Source: an uncultured Prochlorococcus sp.
GTDB lineage: Bacteria > Cyanobacteriota > Cyanobacteriia > PCC-6307 > Cyanobiaceae
Direction of reading: 5' to 3'
DNA: 64,000 bases
Assembly: GCA_902574425.1 (NCBI GenBank)
Contig: CACGNA010000002.1
Span: 2,593 to 66,592 of the forward strand
The notes below the pieces were generated by a model. The model did no database searches. It was not told the DNA's origin and was given only the letters and a program-made list of their open reading frames with translations. The stretch's first letter is position 1, and the number at the start of each line of letters is the position of its first letter. The position numbers were made by a program, and so were the translations under genes. Shown in pieces: positions 21,503 through 33,157 of the stretch.

Positions 21503-23253
21503 TGAAAAAATACAAAAAAATTGTTCGTCTAATACCACTTGATCAAAGAAGATTTAAATTTCTCTATATTTTTAGCTTACTATTAATATTTTGTTTGTTT
21601 GGTAGGTTAGTTAAATTGCAAGTCTTTAATGCCTCTGATTTGCAAAGGAAAGCTAGATTAATACAGTCTTCTAAAACTAACGCCTTAAAAAAAAGGAGGG
21701 CAATTGTTGATAGAAATAATAGACTAATTGCTTACGATAAACCGCTCTATAAATTATGGGCCCATCCAAAATATTTTAATTTTCCTGGTGATTCAATTAA
21801 TAGAGTTCGCAGTATTGAAGAAGTTACAGAAAAATTGTCACCCATATTGGATATAAATGGTGAAATACTCTTGAGTAAATTTAATAATAAAATGAGTGGT
21901 ATCAAAATTTTGGATAAAATTTCCGAAGAAAAGGCAGAAAAGATTAAGAACCTTCAAATAAGCGGACTGGATTTGTTTAAATATTCGCAGAGATATTATC
22001 CACAAGGGGAGCTTTACTCTAATCTTGTCGGTTTTGTTAATGATGAGAATATAGCTTCAGCAGGTTTAGAGCTTTATTTAGATAATCAAATTAAAGTTTT
22101 TAATAAAAGTAATTTAATAAAAAGAGGAGGAGATGGAACTCCTCTACCGGATAATTCAGCGCCAGGTGATTTTATTTCTGATTACAAAAGTTTAGGCCTA
22201 ACTATAGATTCAAAATTACAGAAAGCGTCATTCAATGCATTATCAAAGCAAGTAAGCAAATGGAAAGCAAAGAAGGGATTTGCGATAGTTATGGATGTTA
22301 ATAATGGTCGGATTCTCTCCTTGGTTACAGTCCCGTCGTACGATCCAAATAAATTTTGGCAGTATGATTCTGGACTCTTTAGGGGTTGGTATTCTCAAGA
22401 TTTATTTGAGCCTGGTTCAACTTTTAAACCTATTAATCTTGCCTTAGCTTTAGAAGAAAAAGTAATCCAGAAAGATGGAATAGTTGAAGATATTGGGAAA
22501 ATTAATGTTGGAGGATGGACACTTTCTAATTGGGATAAAAAAGGTAATGGATACATTGACTATCCAAAAGTTTTGCAGGTTTCAAGTAATGTTGGGATGG
22601 TAAAAATAATGCAAAATTTAGACCCAACAATTTATTGGGATTGGCTAAAAAATTTAGGTATAAATAAAAATTTAGAGACTGACTTGTTTGAATCAACTGC
22701 TGGCCAACTAAAGAGAAAAGATTTATTCGTAAATCAATCAATTGAGCCCGCCGTAGCTTCTTTTGGTAAAGGTTTCTCAATCTCGCCACTTAAATTGCTT
22801 CAACTTCATGCGGCTCTAGCAAATGGGGGGGTTGAAGTAACTCCTCATGTGACCTCAACTTTCAAAGAAAGATTTAATAAAAATCCAAAAAAACAATTTT
22901 TTTCGCACGAGGTTTCTAAAACTGTTCTTGAATGGATGGAGAGCGTAGTTGATAAAGGTAGTGGATCTGGAGTAAAAATCGAGGGTTATAGGATAGCTGG
23001 GAAAACGGGCACTTCTCAAAAAGCCTTAAATGGTTCGTATACAAGCAAAAAAGTTTGTAGTTTTGTCGCGACCTTACCAGTTAATGATCCAAAATATGCT
23101 GTCCTTGTAGTCATTGATGAGCCATCTAAATCATATGCATATGGTTCAACCGTCGCTGTACCAGTTGCGAAAGAAATTATCGAGAGTTTGATAGTAATTG
23201 AAAAAATACCTCCCAAGATTAAAGATCATGGAATAATTGTTAAAAAACCCTAA
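21502..23253 (+). CDS. ftsI: Class B penicillin-binding protein (FtsI/PBP3)
   Basis: N-terminal TM, R..IVDRN, RYYP, STFK (SxxK), SSN (SxN), KTGT. Confidence 0.88.
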   Translation: MKKYKKIVRLIPLDQRRFKFLYIFSLLLIFCLFGRLVKLQVFNASDLQRKARLIQSSKTNALKKRRAIVDRNNRLIAYDKPLYKLWAHPKYFNFPGDSINRVRSIEEVTEKLSPILDINGEILLSKFNNKMSGIKILDKISEEKAEKIKNLQISGLDLFKYSQRYYPQGELYSNLVGFVNDENIASAGLELYLDNQIKVFNKSNLIKRGGDGTPLPDNSAPGDFISDYKSLGLTIDSKLQKASFNALSKQVSKWKAKKGFAIVMDVNNGRILSLVTVPSYDPNKFWQYDSGLFRGWYSQDLFEPGSTFKPINLALALEEKVIQKDGIVEDIGKINVGGWTLSNWDKKGNGYIDYPKVLQVSSNVGMVKIMQNLDPTIYWDWLKNLGINKNLETDLFESTAGQLKRKDLFVNQSIEPAVASFGKGFSISPLKLLQLHAALANGGVEVTPHVTSTFKERFNKNPKKQFFSHEVSKTVLEWMESVVDKGSGSGVKIEGYRIAGKTGTSQKALNGSYTSKKVCSFVATLPVNDPKYAVLVVIDEPSKSYAYGSTVAVPVAKEIIESLIVIEKIPPKIKDHGIIVKKP

Positions 23254-23343
23254 AATTTTCCAATTTTATAAATATTTAGTTCATTATCGGATGATTTCAT
23301 CAGGAATAAAAGCTAGTTTATATATATATATGATTTTCTAGAT

Positions 23344-24345
23344 ATGAAATCAATTTTAGAACAATTGTCCTCAATGACCGTTGTTGTTGCTGATACTGGA
23401 GATTTAGATTCGATAAAAAAGTTTCAACCAAGGGACGCCACCACCAATCCATCGCTAATACTTGCTGCTGCCAAGAATCCTGATTATGTGAAATTAATTG
23501 ATAAAGCTTTAGAAAGTTCAGAAAATGCATTGGCTCTAGGATTCTCCGAAATTGAATTAATTAGAGAAACTGTTGACCAAGTTTCAGTGTTTTTTGGAAA
23601 AGAAATATTGAAAATTATTTCAGGGCGCGTATCTACAGAAGTTGATGCAAGACTGAGCTTTGACACTGAATCTACTGTAGAAAAAGCGAGAAAATTGATC
23701 AACCTTTACAAAAATTTTGGAATTGAAAAGGAAAGAATTTTGATTAAGATTGCTGCAACTTGGGAAGGAATTAAGGCAGCTGAAATTTTGGAAAAAGAGG
23801 GTATTAAGTGTAACTTAACTTTACTTTTTAACTTCTGCCAAGCGGTAACTTGTGCCAATGCAAAGATAACTCTAATTTCTCCGTTCGTTGGCCGTATATT
23901 GGATTGGCATAAAGCAAAAACTGGTAAAACTAGTTTTGTTGGTGCTGAAGACCCTGGTGTTATTTCGGTTACACAAATATACAAGTACTTTAAAGAAAAG
24001 GGATTCAAGACAGAAGTAATGGGAGCGAGTTTTAGAAATCTTGATGAAATAAAAGAATTAGCAGGTTGCGATCTTTTAACAATTGCACCAAAATTTCTTG
24101 AGGAACTGAAAAAAGAAAAAGGAGAGTTGGTTAGAAAATTAGATGTAAGTACCCAAATAAATAATTCTGTTGACTACTCATTTGAAGAAAAAGATTTCAG
24201 ATTAAGTATGTTAGAAGATCAAATGGCAAGTGAAAAGCTTAGTGAAGGTATTACTGGATTCAGTAAGGCTATAGAAGAATTGGAAGAGCTGCTACTTAAG
24301 AGATATTCAGAAATTAAAAATCATAAATTGATTTCTGCTAACTAA
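23344..24345 (+). CDS. tal: Transaldolase
   Basis: [44 protein letters not shown]. Confidence 0.96.
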   Translation: MKSILEQLSSMTVVVADTGDLDSIKKFQPRDATTNPSLILAAAKNPDYVKLIDKALESSENALALGFSEIELIRETVDQVSVFFGKEILKIISGRVSTEVDARLSFDTESTVEKARKLINLYKNFGIEKERILIKIAATWEGIKAAEILEKEGIKCNLTLLFNFCQAVTCANAKITLISPFVGRILDWHKAKTGKTSFVGAEDPGVISVTQIYKYFKEKGFKTEVMGASFRNLDEIKELAGCDLLTIAPKFLEELKKEKGELVRKLDVSTQINNSVDYSFEEKDFRLSMLEDQMASEKLSEGITGFSKAIEELEELLLKRYSEIKNHKLISAN

Positions 24346-24369
24346 ATTTAAGTTTGAATTGAAAAAGAA

Positions 24370-25503
24370 TTAGGCCTCACTTTGTGTTAAAAGCCTCCTG
24401 ATAACTCTTTTTGCAATATCTTCATAACTCATTTCTCCTGATAATATTTGAGCGATACGTTTAGGAGCTGTTTTTCTTTTGACACCTAATTGGTATCCAG
24501 TTCTAGGGAATCTATAAAACACTTGTGCTATTCTCCTCCCCCAAGCCATTGATTTCCCCCAAATGTGGTTAATTTTTTTCGTATAAAGATTTAAATCATC
24601 TACTTTCCCTGATAGACACTGATCTATGAATTCTGCAGCATAAAAACTGCTAATTAAAGATGGTCTAATTCCTTCAGCTAAAAATGGATCACATAGAGAT
24701 GCTGCATCTCCAACTGCTAAAACTTTGTCACCATTAATTGAGTGGAAGCCATTCCATATTCTCAGTTTCTTACTAATTGTTTTATGAGGAAAATTATTAA
24801 AACCGAAGCTTCTGATAACTTGTTTATTTATAGCCTGATTTTCTAAAAGACCATTATTTATAAAAGTACCTAAACCAATATTTAAGCTTTCTCTTAAGGG
24901 GAATGCCCATGCAAAGCCATATTTAATAAATCCAAACTCAAATCTAACTGAATCTCTAGGAATTGCGCCTAAACCTTTTAATCTTAGTGAGATTGTGTTC
25001 GCAAATTTTGGTTTTCTTGGCCCTAAATTGAAATATCCTGCCCATTTAGACTGTGAACCGTCTGCAATAACAAGAAATTCAGATATATATATACATTTAT
25101 TATCACAAGTAATTTCCCATCTATCATTTTTTTTTATGATTTTTTTTACTAATACTGGTCTTATTATTTGAACTCCATTACTCAAGGACTCATCAAGTAA
25201 TAATTGATCAAGTTTCTCTCTTTTAATAATCCAAAAAGGGGATTCACCAGTAAGATCAGCAATCACATTATCTGAAGCTTTCCATCTGAATTCAACATTT
25301 TTAATTTTTGATTCTATGGAATCTGTAATGTCTAAAGGGAGAAATTTTTGCATTGAAGATGCCATTCCCCCAGCACATGGTTTGAAATCTTGGGATTTTT
25401 CTTTTTCAATAATTAGAACTGAATATCCTTTTTTTGATAGGTTAAGAGCGGTGGAAGATCCTGATAAGCCTCCGCCAATTATTACGACATCAAATCCTTT
25501 CAA
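24370..25503 (-). CDS. Geranylgeranyl-reductase-family FAD-dependent oxidoreductase
   Basis: GGGLSG, KPCAGG, ADG, GFAWAFP, GDAA...P..AEGI motifs. Confidence 0.85.
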   Translation of the reverse strand: MKGFDVVIIGGGLSGSSTALNLSKKGYSVLIIEKEKSQDFKPCAGGMASSMQKFLPLDITDSIESKIKNVEFRWKASDNVIADLTGESPFWIIKREKLDQLLLDESLSNGVQIIRPVLVKKIIKKNDRWEITCDNKCIYISEFLVIADGSQSKWAGYFNLGPRKPKFANTISLRLKGLGAIPRDSVRFEFGFIKYGFAWAFPLRESLNIGLGTFINNGLLENQAINKQVIRSFGFNNFPHKTISKKLRIWNGFHSINGDKVLAVGDAASLCDPFLAEGIRPSLISSFYAAEFIDQCLSGKVDDLNLYTKKINHIWGKSMAWGRRIAQVFYRFPRTGYQLGVKRKTAPKRIAQILSGEMSYEDIAKRVIRRLLTQSEA

Positions 25504-26048
25504 ACTTTTAGAATTTCCTTCTCTTTCTCAGACAATTTAGTTTCTATTAAAGCAATAAATTTATCAGTAATTTTTTGAATTTCAGATTGATTATCTCTGG
25601 ATTCGTCCATGGAAATAAGACTATCTTTTTCGTCTTTTTTTTCTTTATCAACAGCATCCCTTCTAATATTCCTCAAAGCTACTTTCCCTTCCTCAGCATA
25701 CTTGGAGGCTAATTTACAAAATTCTTTTCTTCTTTCCTCTGTTAAAGGAGGAACATTTATTCTTATTACTTTCCCATCATTATTTGGAGTAATACCTAAA
25801 TCGCTCATCGAGATAGATTTTTCTATCGCTTGTAAACATGAAATATCGAACGGTTGTATTGAAATTGTTTGTGAATCAATAGTACTAATTGTGGCAAGTG
25901 ATTTGATTGGTGTTTCTGCTCCATAGTACTCAACACTTATTCTGTCTAGCAATGAAGCATTGGCTCTACCAGTTCTTATAGTATTAAAGTTTCTTTGCGT
26001 GGCTTCAATACTTTTTTTCATATTTTCTTGAATTTCTTGTCCTTTCAT
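25500..26048 (-). CDS. frr: Ribosome recycling factor
   Basis: [17 protein letters not shown] and RNIRRD motifs; follows pyrH. Confidence 0.97.
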   Translation of the reverse strand: MKGQEIQENMKKSIEATQRNFNTIRTGRANASLLDRISVEYYGAETPIKSLATISTIDSQTISIQPFDISCLQAIEKSISMSDLGITPNNDGKVIRINVPPLTEERRKEFCKLASKYAEEGKVALRNIRRDAVDKEKKDEKDSLISMDESRDNQSEIQKITDKFIALIETKLSEKEKEILKV

Positions 26049-26070
26049 AATTAAAAAATTTAAATAAGCA

Positions 26071-26775
26071 TTAACTAATTAAAGAGCCTATAGACTCCCC
26101 AGCAACAGCTCTAGAGATGTTACCTTTTTTGAATATATCAAATACCATAATTGGGATATTATTATCTTTGCAAAGCGCTATTGCAGTACTGTCCATTACT
26201 GCAATTTCTTCACTTAGAACTTGTTGATAACTAAGAGACGAATATTTTTTTGCGTCTTGAAATTTATTAGGATCACAATCGTATACTCCATCAACTTTAG
26301 TTGCCTTCATGACAACTTCAGCGTTGATCTCTGCTGCCCTCAGAGCTGCTGTAGTGTCAGTTGTAAAAAATGGATTCCCGCATCCACCTCCAAAAACTAC
26401 AACTCTACCTTTTTCTAGATGTCTCATAGCTCTTCTTCTAATATAAGGTTCTGCAATTTCCTGCATTTCTATCGCAGTTTGAACTCTGGTTGCTACTCCT
26501 ACTCTTTCAAGGCCATCTTGAAGTGAGATCGCATTCATTACTGTTGCAAGCATCCCTACATAATCAGCCGTAGCTCTATCCATACCATCTGCAGAACCTT
26601 TAAGCCCCCTAAAAATGTTCCCACCCCCAACAACTATTGCAAGTTGTATATTATTTTTGACTACTTTTGAAACGTCTTCTGCAATTGACTGGACTATAGC
26701 AGGATCAATACCATAAGGCTTTTCACCCATGAGTGCTTCACCACTAAGTTTTAAGAGAACTCTTTTGTAAGTCAT
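26071..26775 (-). CDS. pyrH: UMP kinase
   Basis: [23 protein letters not shown] and VMDSTA motifs. Confidence 0.97.
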   Translation of the reverse strand: MTYKRVLLKLSGEALMGEKPYGIDPAIVQSIAEDVSKVVKNNIQLAIVVGGGNIFRGLKGSADGMDRATADYVGMLATVMNAISLQDGLERVGVATRVQTAIEMQEIAEPYIRRRAMRHLEKGRVVVFGGGCGNPFFTTDTTAALRAAEINAEVVMKATKVDGVYDCDPNKFQDAKKYSSLSYQQVLSEEIAVMDSTAIALCKDNNIPIMVFDIFKKGNISRAVAGESIGSLIS

Positions 26776-26900
26776 TCAATAATTATACTTTTAAGACCTT
26801 AGCAAGTAAATGTACCGAATTTATTTTTTATTCAGATATTGCTTGCGTCTTTAAACATTTCTAGAGCTTCCTAAAGAAAATTAAATAAATATTTTTTTAG

Positions 26901-27593
26901 CTAGAACTCAACACACTTTTGTGCTTTTATTCCTTGTTCTTTGAAAGGATGTCTTATTAGTTTCATTTCTGTAACTAGATCAGCGAAATTAATAATTGAA
27001 TCAGATGCCCCCCTTCCAGTTAAAACAATATGATTTTTTCTATTTTTTAAGCTTTTTAAAAAAGTGATTATTTCTTCTGAAGCAAGATAGCCAAGTTTTG
27101 TAGCTATATTTATTTCATCAAGGATTATAAGTTTATAATATTCATTTTTTATATATTTCTTGGCTAGTTGCCATGCTTCTTGGACTAATTTCTCATCTCT
27201 AATTCTATCTTGTGTTTCCCAAGTAAATCCTTCTCCTAATGAATGCCAAGATATGTTTGAAGACAAGTTTTTAAGTGCTTTTTCTTCCCCAGTGGTCCAA
27301 CCACCTTTAATAAATTGAATGATTGCGACTTTATAACCGTGCCCTATTGTCCTCAAGGCCATCCCTAAAGATGCAGTTGTTTTGCCCTTACCATTTCCTG
27401 TAAAAACAATTAATAATCCTTTTTTGATATTTCTAATTTGTAGTCTTTCCGCTTGGATATCTTTTCTTTGCTGCATTCTTTTTTTATATGAGCTCTCATC
27501 GCTCTCTGGTGATAGTTTGCCTCCTATCCCAAGTTCTTTAGCTTGATTATCGAGGTTGAATATTTTTTCGGAGGATAAATCTTCTTCTTTCAT
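26901..27593 (-). CDS. cobO: Cob(I)yrinic acid a,c-diamide adenosyltransferase
   Basis: TGNGKGKTTA, QFIKG, ILDE, LTGR and HPF motifs. Confidence 0.94.
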   Translation of the reverse strand: MKEEDLSSEKIFNLDNQAKELGIGGKLSPESDESSYKKRMQQRKDIQAERLQIRNIKKGLLIVFTGNGKGKTTASLGMALRTIGHGYKVAIIQFIKGGWTTGEEKALKNLSSNISWHSLGEGFTWETQDRIRDEKLVQEAWQLAKKYIKNEYYKLIILDEINIATKLGYLASEEIITFLKSLKNRKNHIVLTGRGASDSIINFADLVTEMKLIRHPFKEQGIKAQKCVEF

Positions 27594-27626
27594 ATAACTC
27601 TAATTTTATTTAGTAATTATAAATCT

Positions 27627-28796
27627 TTAAATAATTTTGGCTCTCTTAACTTTTAAAATTGCATTATTAACTGCCTGTTGTTGATCTCTTTTAGTAATCC
27701 AGTGGTGATAAGTTTGAGTATGTAGGCTAACTGAATGTCCCATCATTCTGGCAGCCACAGTATCAGGTAAATCATAAAAAATTGTTCTTACAGCCCAAGC
27801 ATGACGAAGATCATAAGGTTTTATTTGTAAAGAGTAACGATTAAACTGATCTGTAATTTTTTTTCCAATATTTTGTAGGGTTGTAAATTTAAGATCTCTA
27901 TTAATATTTGGAAGTAGTTGTGGATTTTCACCAAGTTTTGATAACTCGAATTTTTCTACCCATTCGGGATGGAACGGCCAAACTTGATGTTCCCCTGTTT
28001 TCGTCGTAGGTAAAACTCTAATAATTTTGTCCCCAAAATTTGTTAGAGAATTTAAATCACAAAAAAACACTTCATGATTTCTTAAGCCATATGTCGCCAT
28101 CAGACCAAAAACAAATTTCCAAGATTTGTTTGGTATTTGCTCCCAAAGTTTCTCTATTACCTCATCTGTAGGGAGATCCCTAAACCCTGCTTTATTTAGG
28201 CCATATCCTTTAGAATTTAATTTCCAATTTACTGGAAGTTTAATTTCCAAAAACTTAGCCAAAACACTAAGCGAAGTAGCGCATTGCTTCCTACTTCTAC
28301 TTCCTTCCTTATAACTTTCAAGAGTTTTTTGAAATATATTTTCTAAATCTTCATTTTCATAATGATTATAAATATTAAGGATTCTTTTCAGATAGGGCTT
28401 ATAAGAGCTTCTCCAAGTAGTTTTTCTAGTGCTGCTTAGATATTCATTTTTTCTTTCTTTAAAAAAAGATTCCTCAAATTTATTTAATCTATTTGGGAAT
28501 TCAAAGTCATTTTTTATTTCCTTTTTATTAGATTTACTTATCCAATTAATCCAGTCAAATTGATTTAATTCCAGTTGCAAATTGATTAATTGTAATTTCT
28601 TTTTAGCCTCTTCTAATCCAGAAATATCAGCCTTTATACCAAGAGATATTCTTTGAACTTTAAAGTTGTTTTTATCTTCTTTAGAAGGTAGTGAACCTCT
28701 AATATTTAATTTCTCGCCCCTTTTCTCAATTCTAAGCTTGCTGCCTTGAGTAGCAAATTTATCATTGACATTATTAATTTCCTGAATTACGTTCAT
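27627..28796 (-). CDS. Tyrosine recombinase, cyanobacterial XisA/XisC-like type
   Basis: YGLRNHE (R), TKTG (K), YDLRH (YxxR), MGHS (H), HTQTY (Y). Confidence 0.88.
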   Translation of the reverse strand: MNVIQEINNVNDKFATQGSKLRIEKRGEKLNIRGSLPSKEDKNNFKVQRISLGIKADISGLEEAKKKLQLINLQLELNQFDWINWISKSNKKEIKNDFEFPNRLNKFEESFFKERKNEYLSSTRKTTWRSSYKPYLKRILNIYNHYENEDLENIFQKTLESYKEGSRSRKQCATSLSVLAKFLEIKLPVNWKLNSKGYGLNKAGFRDLPTDEVIEKLWEQIPNKSWKFVFGLMATYGLRNHEVFFCDLNSLTNFGDKIIRVLPTTKTGEHQVWPFHPEWVEKFELSKLGENPQLLPNINRDLKFTTLQNIGKKITDQFNRYSLQIKPYDLRHAWAVRTIFYDLPDTVAARMMGHSVSLHTQTYHHWITKRDQQQAVNNAILKVKRAKII

Positions 28797-28861
28797 TTAC
28801 TTATATAATTGTCCTAATAATGACGTTTTTAATGTTGATTTTCAATCTCCATAAATCTTAA

Positions 28862-30037
28862 ATGGCTAAAATAGGCGTCTTATTAATGAATTTAGGAGGG
28901 CCTGAACGCATTGCCGATGTAGGCCCATTCTTATATAATCTTTTTTCTGATCCAGAGATAATCAGGACACCTTTCCCCGCTTTTCAAAAACCTTTAGCTT
29001 GGTTAATTAGTACTCTTCGGAGTACTACTTCACAGCAGGCTTATCTTTCTATAGGTGGAGGATCACCCATCAGAAGGATAACTGAACAACAAGCAAGAGA
29101 ATTGCAATCTAAATTAAGGGATAACGGTGTAAATGCGACTACTTATATAGCTATGAGGTATTGGCATCCTTTTACCGAATCAGCAATTGCAGATATGAAA
29201 GCAGATGATATAGATCAAATTGTTGTACTACCTTTATATCCTCATTTTTCGATAAGTACAAGTGGTTCAAGCTTTAGGGAATTAAAAAAATTGCGAGATT
29301 CAGATAATGACTTTAAGAAAATCCCAATGAGATGTGTAAGAAGTTGGTTCAGTCAATCAGGGTATTTAAAGTCAATGGTTGAATTAATTTCCGAACAAGT
29401 CTCACTTTGTGAATCACCTTCAAATGCGCATATATTTTTTACTGCTCATGGAGTTCCTAAGAGTTATGTAGAGGAAGCTGGAGACCCTTATAAACAACAA
29501 ATTGAAGATTGTTCATTATTGATAATAAATGAGTTGGAAAAATATTTAGGGCATAGTAATCCGTATACACTCTCTTATCAAAGTAGAGTTGGTCCGGTTG
29601 AATGGTTGAAGCCTTATACAGAAGAAGTGTTAGCTGATCTTGGGAGGTCAAATGTTAATGATCTTATTGTCGTTCCCATAAGTTTTGTTGGAGAGCATAT
29701 TGAAACATTGCAAGAAATTGACATTGAGTATAAAGAAATTGCCGAAAAAGCTGGTATCAAAAATTTTCGAAGAGTAAAGGCTCTAAATACTCATCCTACT
29801 TTTATTGAGGGTCTTAGTGATCTAGTAGTTTCTTGTTTGGAAGGTCCTTTAATTGATATAGAGGAAGCTTCTCAGTTGCCTGAAAAAGTTAAACTTTACC
29901 CCCAAGAGAAATGGCAATGGGGTTGGAATAATAGTTCAGAGGTCTGGAATGGAAGGGTTGCTATGATTGTTTTTTTGGTACTTTTTATTGAACTTATGTC
30001 AGGTGCTGGACCATTACATAGGCTAGGAATTCTATAA
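28862..30037 (+). CDS. hemH: Ferrochelatase with C-terminal CAB/LHC-like domain
   Basis: [30 protein letters not shown]; C-terminal EVWNGRVAM. Confidence 0.96.
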   Translation: MAKIGVLLMNLGGPERIADVGPFLYNLFSDPEIIRTPFPAFQKPLAWLISTLRSTTSQQAYLSIGGGSPIRRITEQQARELQSKLRDNGVNATTYIAMRYWHPFTESAIADMKADDIDQIVVLPLYPHFSISTSGSSFRELKKLRDSDNDFKKIPMRCVRSWFSQSGYLKSMVELISEQVSLCESPSNAHIFFTAHGVPKSYVEEAGDPYKQQIEDCSLLIINELEKYLGHSNPYTLSYQSRVGPVEWLKPYTEEVLADLGRSNVNDLIVVPISFVGEHIETLQEIDIEYKEIAEKAGIKNFRRVKALNTHPTFIEGLSDLVVSCLEGPLIDIEEASQLPEKVKLYPQEKWQWGWNNSSEVWNGRVAMIVFLVLFIELMSGAGPLHRLGIL

Positions 30038-30173
30038 AGATCAATTTGAATTTACTTAATAAATTTTAAATTTATTAATTAATTTTTTGAATAGTATTCT
30101 GACATTACATTTCTAAATGAGGCAAAAGTATTTAATTAAGTTTAAAATTTATATTATATATTGAATTTCTTTA

Positions 30174-31937
30174 GTGACTCTTACTTCGAGATCCTTGTCA
30201 AAGGGTAGTTCAAAAAATGAAAATCCCGTTTGGATAACTGGTGCAGATGCACTAATGGATTCTTTGAAAATTCATGGGGTAAAGGTAATATTTGGTTATC
30301 CTGGAGGAGCTATACTTCCAATATATGATGCTGTTCATAAAGCAGAACATGATGGTTGGCTAAAACACTATATGGTAAGGCATGAACAAGGTGGTTCTCA
30401 TGCTGCTGATGGATACGCAAGATCTACTGGTGAAGTAGGGGTATGTTTTGGAACCTCAGGTCCAGGTGCAACAAATTTAGTGACTGGAATTGCCACTGCT
30501 CAAATGGATTCTGTTCCTTTAGTAGTGGTTACAGGTCAAGTTCCAAGACCTGCTATAGGGACAGATGCTTTTCAAGAAACTGATATTTTTGGCATAACTC
30601 TTCCAATAGTGAAACATTCATGGGTAATAAGAGATCCTTCAGATATCGCGAAAGTAGTTTCTGAAGCTTTTTTTATAGCCTCTTCTGGAAGACCTGGCCC
30701 TGTTTTGATTGATATACCAAAAGATGTAGGTCAAGAATTCTTTAATTACAAAAGAGTTTTGCCTGGCGAGATTATTCCAAAAGGATTTAAGAGGAATGGA
30801 GATATTAATGACTGCGATATCAAAAAAGCAATTAAATTAATAGAAGATTCTGAAAGACCTCTTCTATATGTTGGTGGTGGGGTAATATCTTCAGGGGCTC
30901 ATGATGAAATAAGAACTTTGGCAAAGAATTATCAAATACCAGTTACAACAACCTTAATGGGTAAAGGTGCTTTTGATGAAAAAGACAATTTATCAGTTGG
31001 GATGTTAGGAATGCACGGAACTGCTTACGCAAACTTTGCAGTTACAGAATGTGATCTTTTAATTGCTATTGGAGCTAGATTCGATGATAGGGTTACAGGA
31101 AAATTAGATACTTTTGCACCCAATGCAAAGGTAATTCACATAGATATTGATCCAGCAGAAGTTAATAAAAATAGACATGTAGATGTAGCAATTGTCTCTG
31201 ACGTTTCAAAAGCTGTTCTCAAAATTAATGAAAAATTTCTTAATAACAAATTTACTTGTCAGACGAAGAACTGGTTAGAAAAAATTGATTTTTGGAAAAA
31301 TAAACACCCTTTATATGACCCGCCTAAAGAAGGAGAAATTTATCCTCAGGAAGTTCTTTTAAAAGTTAGGGAACTTTCACCTGAATCTTATGTAACTACA
31401 GATGTAGGACAACATCAGATGTGGGCTGCTCAATATCTTAGGAATTCTCCAAGAAAATGGATTAGTAGTGCAGGTTTAGGAACTATGGGTTTTGGATTGC
31501 CAGCGGCAATTGGAGTTAAAGCAGCCTTACCTAATTCAGATGTAATTTGTATTGCAGGAGATGCAAGTGTCTTAATGAATATACAAGAATTAGGGACTTT
31601 ATCTCAATATGGTTTTAAGGTGAAATTGATCATCATAAATAATCGCTGGCAAGGGATGGTAAGACAATGGCAGGAAAGTTTCTACGATGAAAGGTATTCC
31701 TCATCTGATATGAGTTGTGGTGAACCTGACTTTGTAAAACTTGCTGAGTCTTTTGGAGTTAAAGGATACTTAATTTCTGATAGAAAACAACTACAGAATG
31801 AATTTAAAAATGCGCTTGATCATGACGGACCTGCTTTGATTAATATTCTTGTCAGAAGAGGTGAAAATTGCTATCCAATGGTTCCTCCTGGGAAAAGTAA
31901 CGCTCAAATGGTTGGATATGTTAATAGTGAAGACTAA
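30174..31937 (+). CDS. ilvB: Acetolactate synthase large subunit
   Basis: [31 protein letters not shown]...NN TPP motif. Confidence 0.95.
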   Translation: MTLTSRSLSKGSSKNENPVWITGADALMDSLKIHGVKVIFGYPGGAILPIYDAVHKAEHDGWLKHYMVRHEQGGSHAADGYARSTGEVGVCFGTSGPGATNLVTGIATAQMDSVPLVVVTGQVPRPAIGTDAFQETDIFGITLPIVKHSWVIRDPSDIAKVVSEAFFIASSGRPGPVLIDIPKDVGQEFFNYKRVLPGEIIPKGFKRNGDINDCDIKKAIKLIEDSERPLLYVGGGVISSGAHDEIRTLAKNYQIPVTTTLMGKGAFDEKDNLSVGMLGMHGTAYANFAVTECDLLIAIGARFDDRVTGKLDTFAPNAKVIHIDIDPAEVNKNRHVDVAIVSDVSKAVLKINEKFLNNKFTCQTKNWLEKIDFWKNKHPLYDPPKEGEIYPQEVLLKVRELSPESYVTTDVGQHQMWAAQYLRNSPRKWISSAGLGTMGFGLPAAIGVKAALPNSDVICIAGDASVLMNIQELGTLSQYGFKVKLIIINNRWQGMVRQWQESFYDERYSSSDMSCGEPDFVKLAESFGVKGYLISDRKQLQNEFKNALDHDGPALINILVRRGENCYPMVPPGKSNAQMVGYVNSED

Positions 31938-32001
31938 TTCTTTAATTAACTTTTAAAAAAATTAACTATTAAGATGAATCAAAAATTTAAATTTTTCTAA
32001 A

Positions 32002-32352
32002 TTGAAAAAATTATCAAAATATTTAATAATAATCTTCTTAATTATTATTAATCCTCTAGTAGTAGACTCGGCTGAAATACTCCAAATTAAAAGTTCAAAT
32101 ACTATTTTGGTAGGAGATCAAAATAGGAACTTAATAATTGGATTATTTTGTGTAGATGTAGATAAAAATGATGAGCTTGAAGCAATTAATTTACTTAAAA
32201 GTGAATTTCCAAGGGGAAGCAAAGTGAAAATAAAACCTTTTGGTTTTAAAGAGAATGTTTTGTTAGCCAAAGTTTTTAATATTAAAGGTACTAAGGAGAT
32301 GGCCGAATTATTATTTTATAAAGACTTAACTAGAAAAAATTGTCCAAATTAA
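32002..32352 (+). CDS. Secreted hypothetical protein, degenerate thermonuclease (SNase)-like
   Basis: Signal peptide; beta-strand pattern loosely resembling the SNase N-terminus. Confidence 0.55.
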   Translation: MKKLSKYLIIIFLIIINPLVVDSAEILQIKSSNTILVGDQNRNLIIGLFCVDVDKNDELEAINLLKSEFPRGSKVKIKPFGFKENVLLAKVFNIKGTKEMAELLFYKDLTRKNCPN

Positions 32353-33137
32353 ATATCTCTATGAATAAAATTCCATTGTCTCGAGATTGTCTTGTTCCTT
32401 CTCCAGGAATTAAATTCATTTTTTGATTCGTAAGTGCATAAATTTGAGATATCGATATTTGTATTAGGAATATTTTCATTCAAAATTTGCTTATAAGCAA
32501 ACCTCCTAAGATCAAGTTGATTTAAGTTTTGCTCTTTTAAGTTATTTGAATCATTAAAATAAAAATTGTTCTTGGTTTCAGTCAAATTGACTGTTATTTT
32601 TTTATTTTCGGCCTTTTTATAAAATTCTTTCAATGTCTTTTTATCAACTAGATAATGTTCCTTCGATATCGCTGGCCCTATTGCTACGATTAAGTCATCT
32701 CTAGAAGTTCCAAAATTATCGAAAATTTTAACTAGATTTTTTATTATTTTTTTTTCTAAGCCTTTTCTTCCACAATGCAGGGCGGCTACATTTCTTGTTT
32801 TTTTATCTGCAAAAAATATTGGCATGCAATCAGCTGTGTAAACCCATAAGTTTTGATTGCATTTATTACCAATAAGACCATCTGCATCAGTCTTACTCCC
32901 TTTTTGCGAATTTGATCCAAAAGCTAATATATTACTATGAATTTGATTAGATACACAATTTACGGAATTTTTATTAAAGTGATTTCCTAATAATTGAAGA
33001 AATATCTCAGAGCTAGACTTTGTAAAATATGCATGTTGAAAATTATATTGACTAAGAATTGGTGATAAATAGTACTCAAATTTTTTGTTTTGAATAAAAA
33101 TTTGAGTTTTTGAGAAATATACTTCTTTGTAAGGAAT
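32349..33137 (-). CDS. pgeF: Peptidoglycan editing factor PgeF (YfiH/laccase-domain), probable ATT start
   Basis: Frame open 104 codons upstream of the track's ATG, containing HAYFTK, QIHS, DADGL and TADC; then HCGRKG, IGPAI, LCT, SWRR; AGGAGG 5 nt before ATT. Confidence 0.85.
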   Translation of the reverse strand: MPYKEVYFSKTQIFIQNKKFEYYLSPILSQYNFQHAYFTKSSSEIFLQLLGNHFNKNSVNCVSNQIHSNILAFGSNSQKGSKTDADGLIGNKCNQNLWVYTADCMPIFFADKKTRNVAALHCGRKGLEKKIIKNLVKIFDNFGTSRDDLIVAIGPAISKEHYLVDKKTLKEFYKKAENKKITVNLTETKNNFYFNDSNNLKEQNLNQLDLRRFAYKQILNENIPNTNIDISNLCTYESKNEFNSWRRNKTISRQWNFIHRDI

Positions 33138-33157
33138 AGCTCCCTCCTAAATTGAAT

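Noticed and set aside
23318-23331. (TA)n run upstream of tal
   Set aside because: Short and unremarkable in AT-rich intergenic DNA.
26901-30037. Prophage or integrative element around the tyrosine recombinase
   Set aside because: No cargo, tRNA, att repeats or compositional shift; both neighbours are core genes.
29900-30037. LHC-like motif at the end of hemH as a novel fusion
   Set aside because: The CAB domain is a known feature of cyanobacterial and plastid ferrochelatases.
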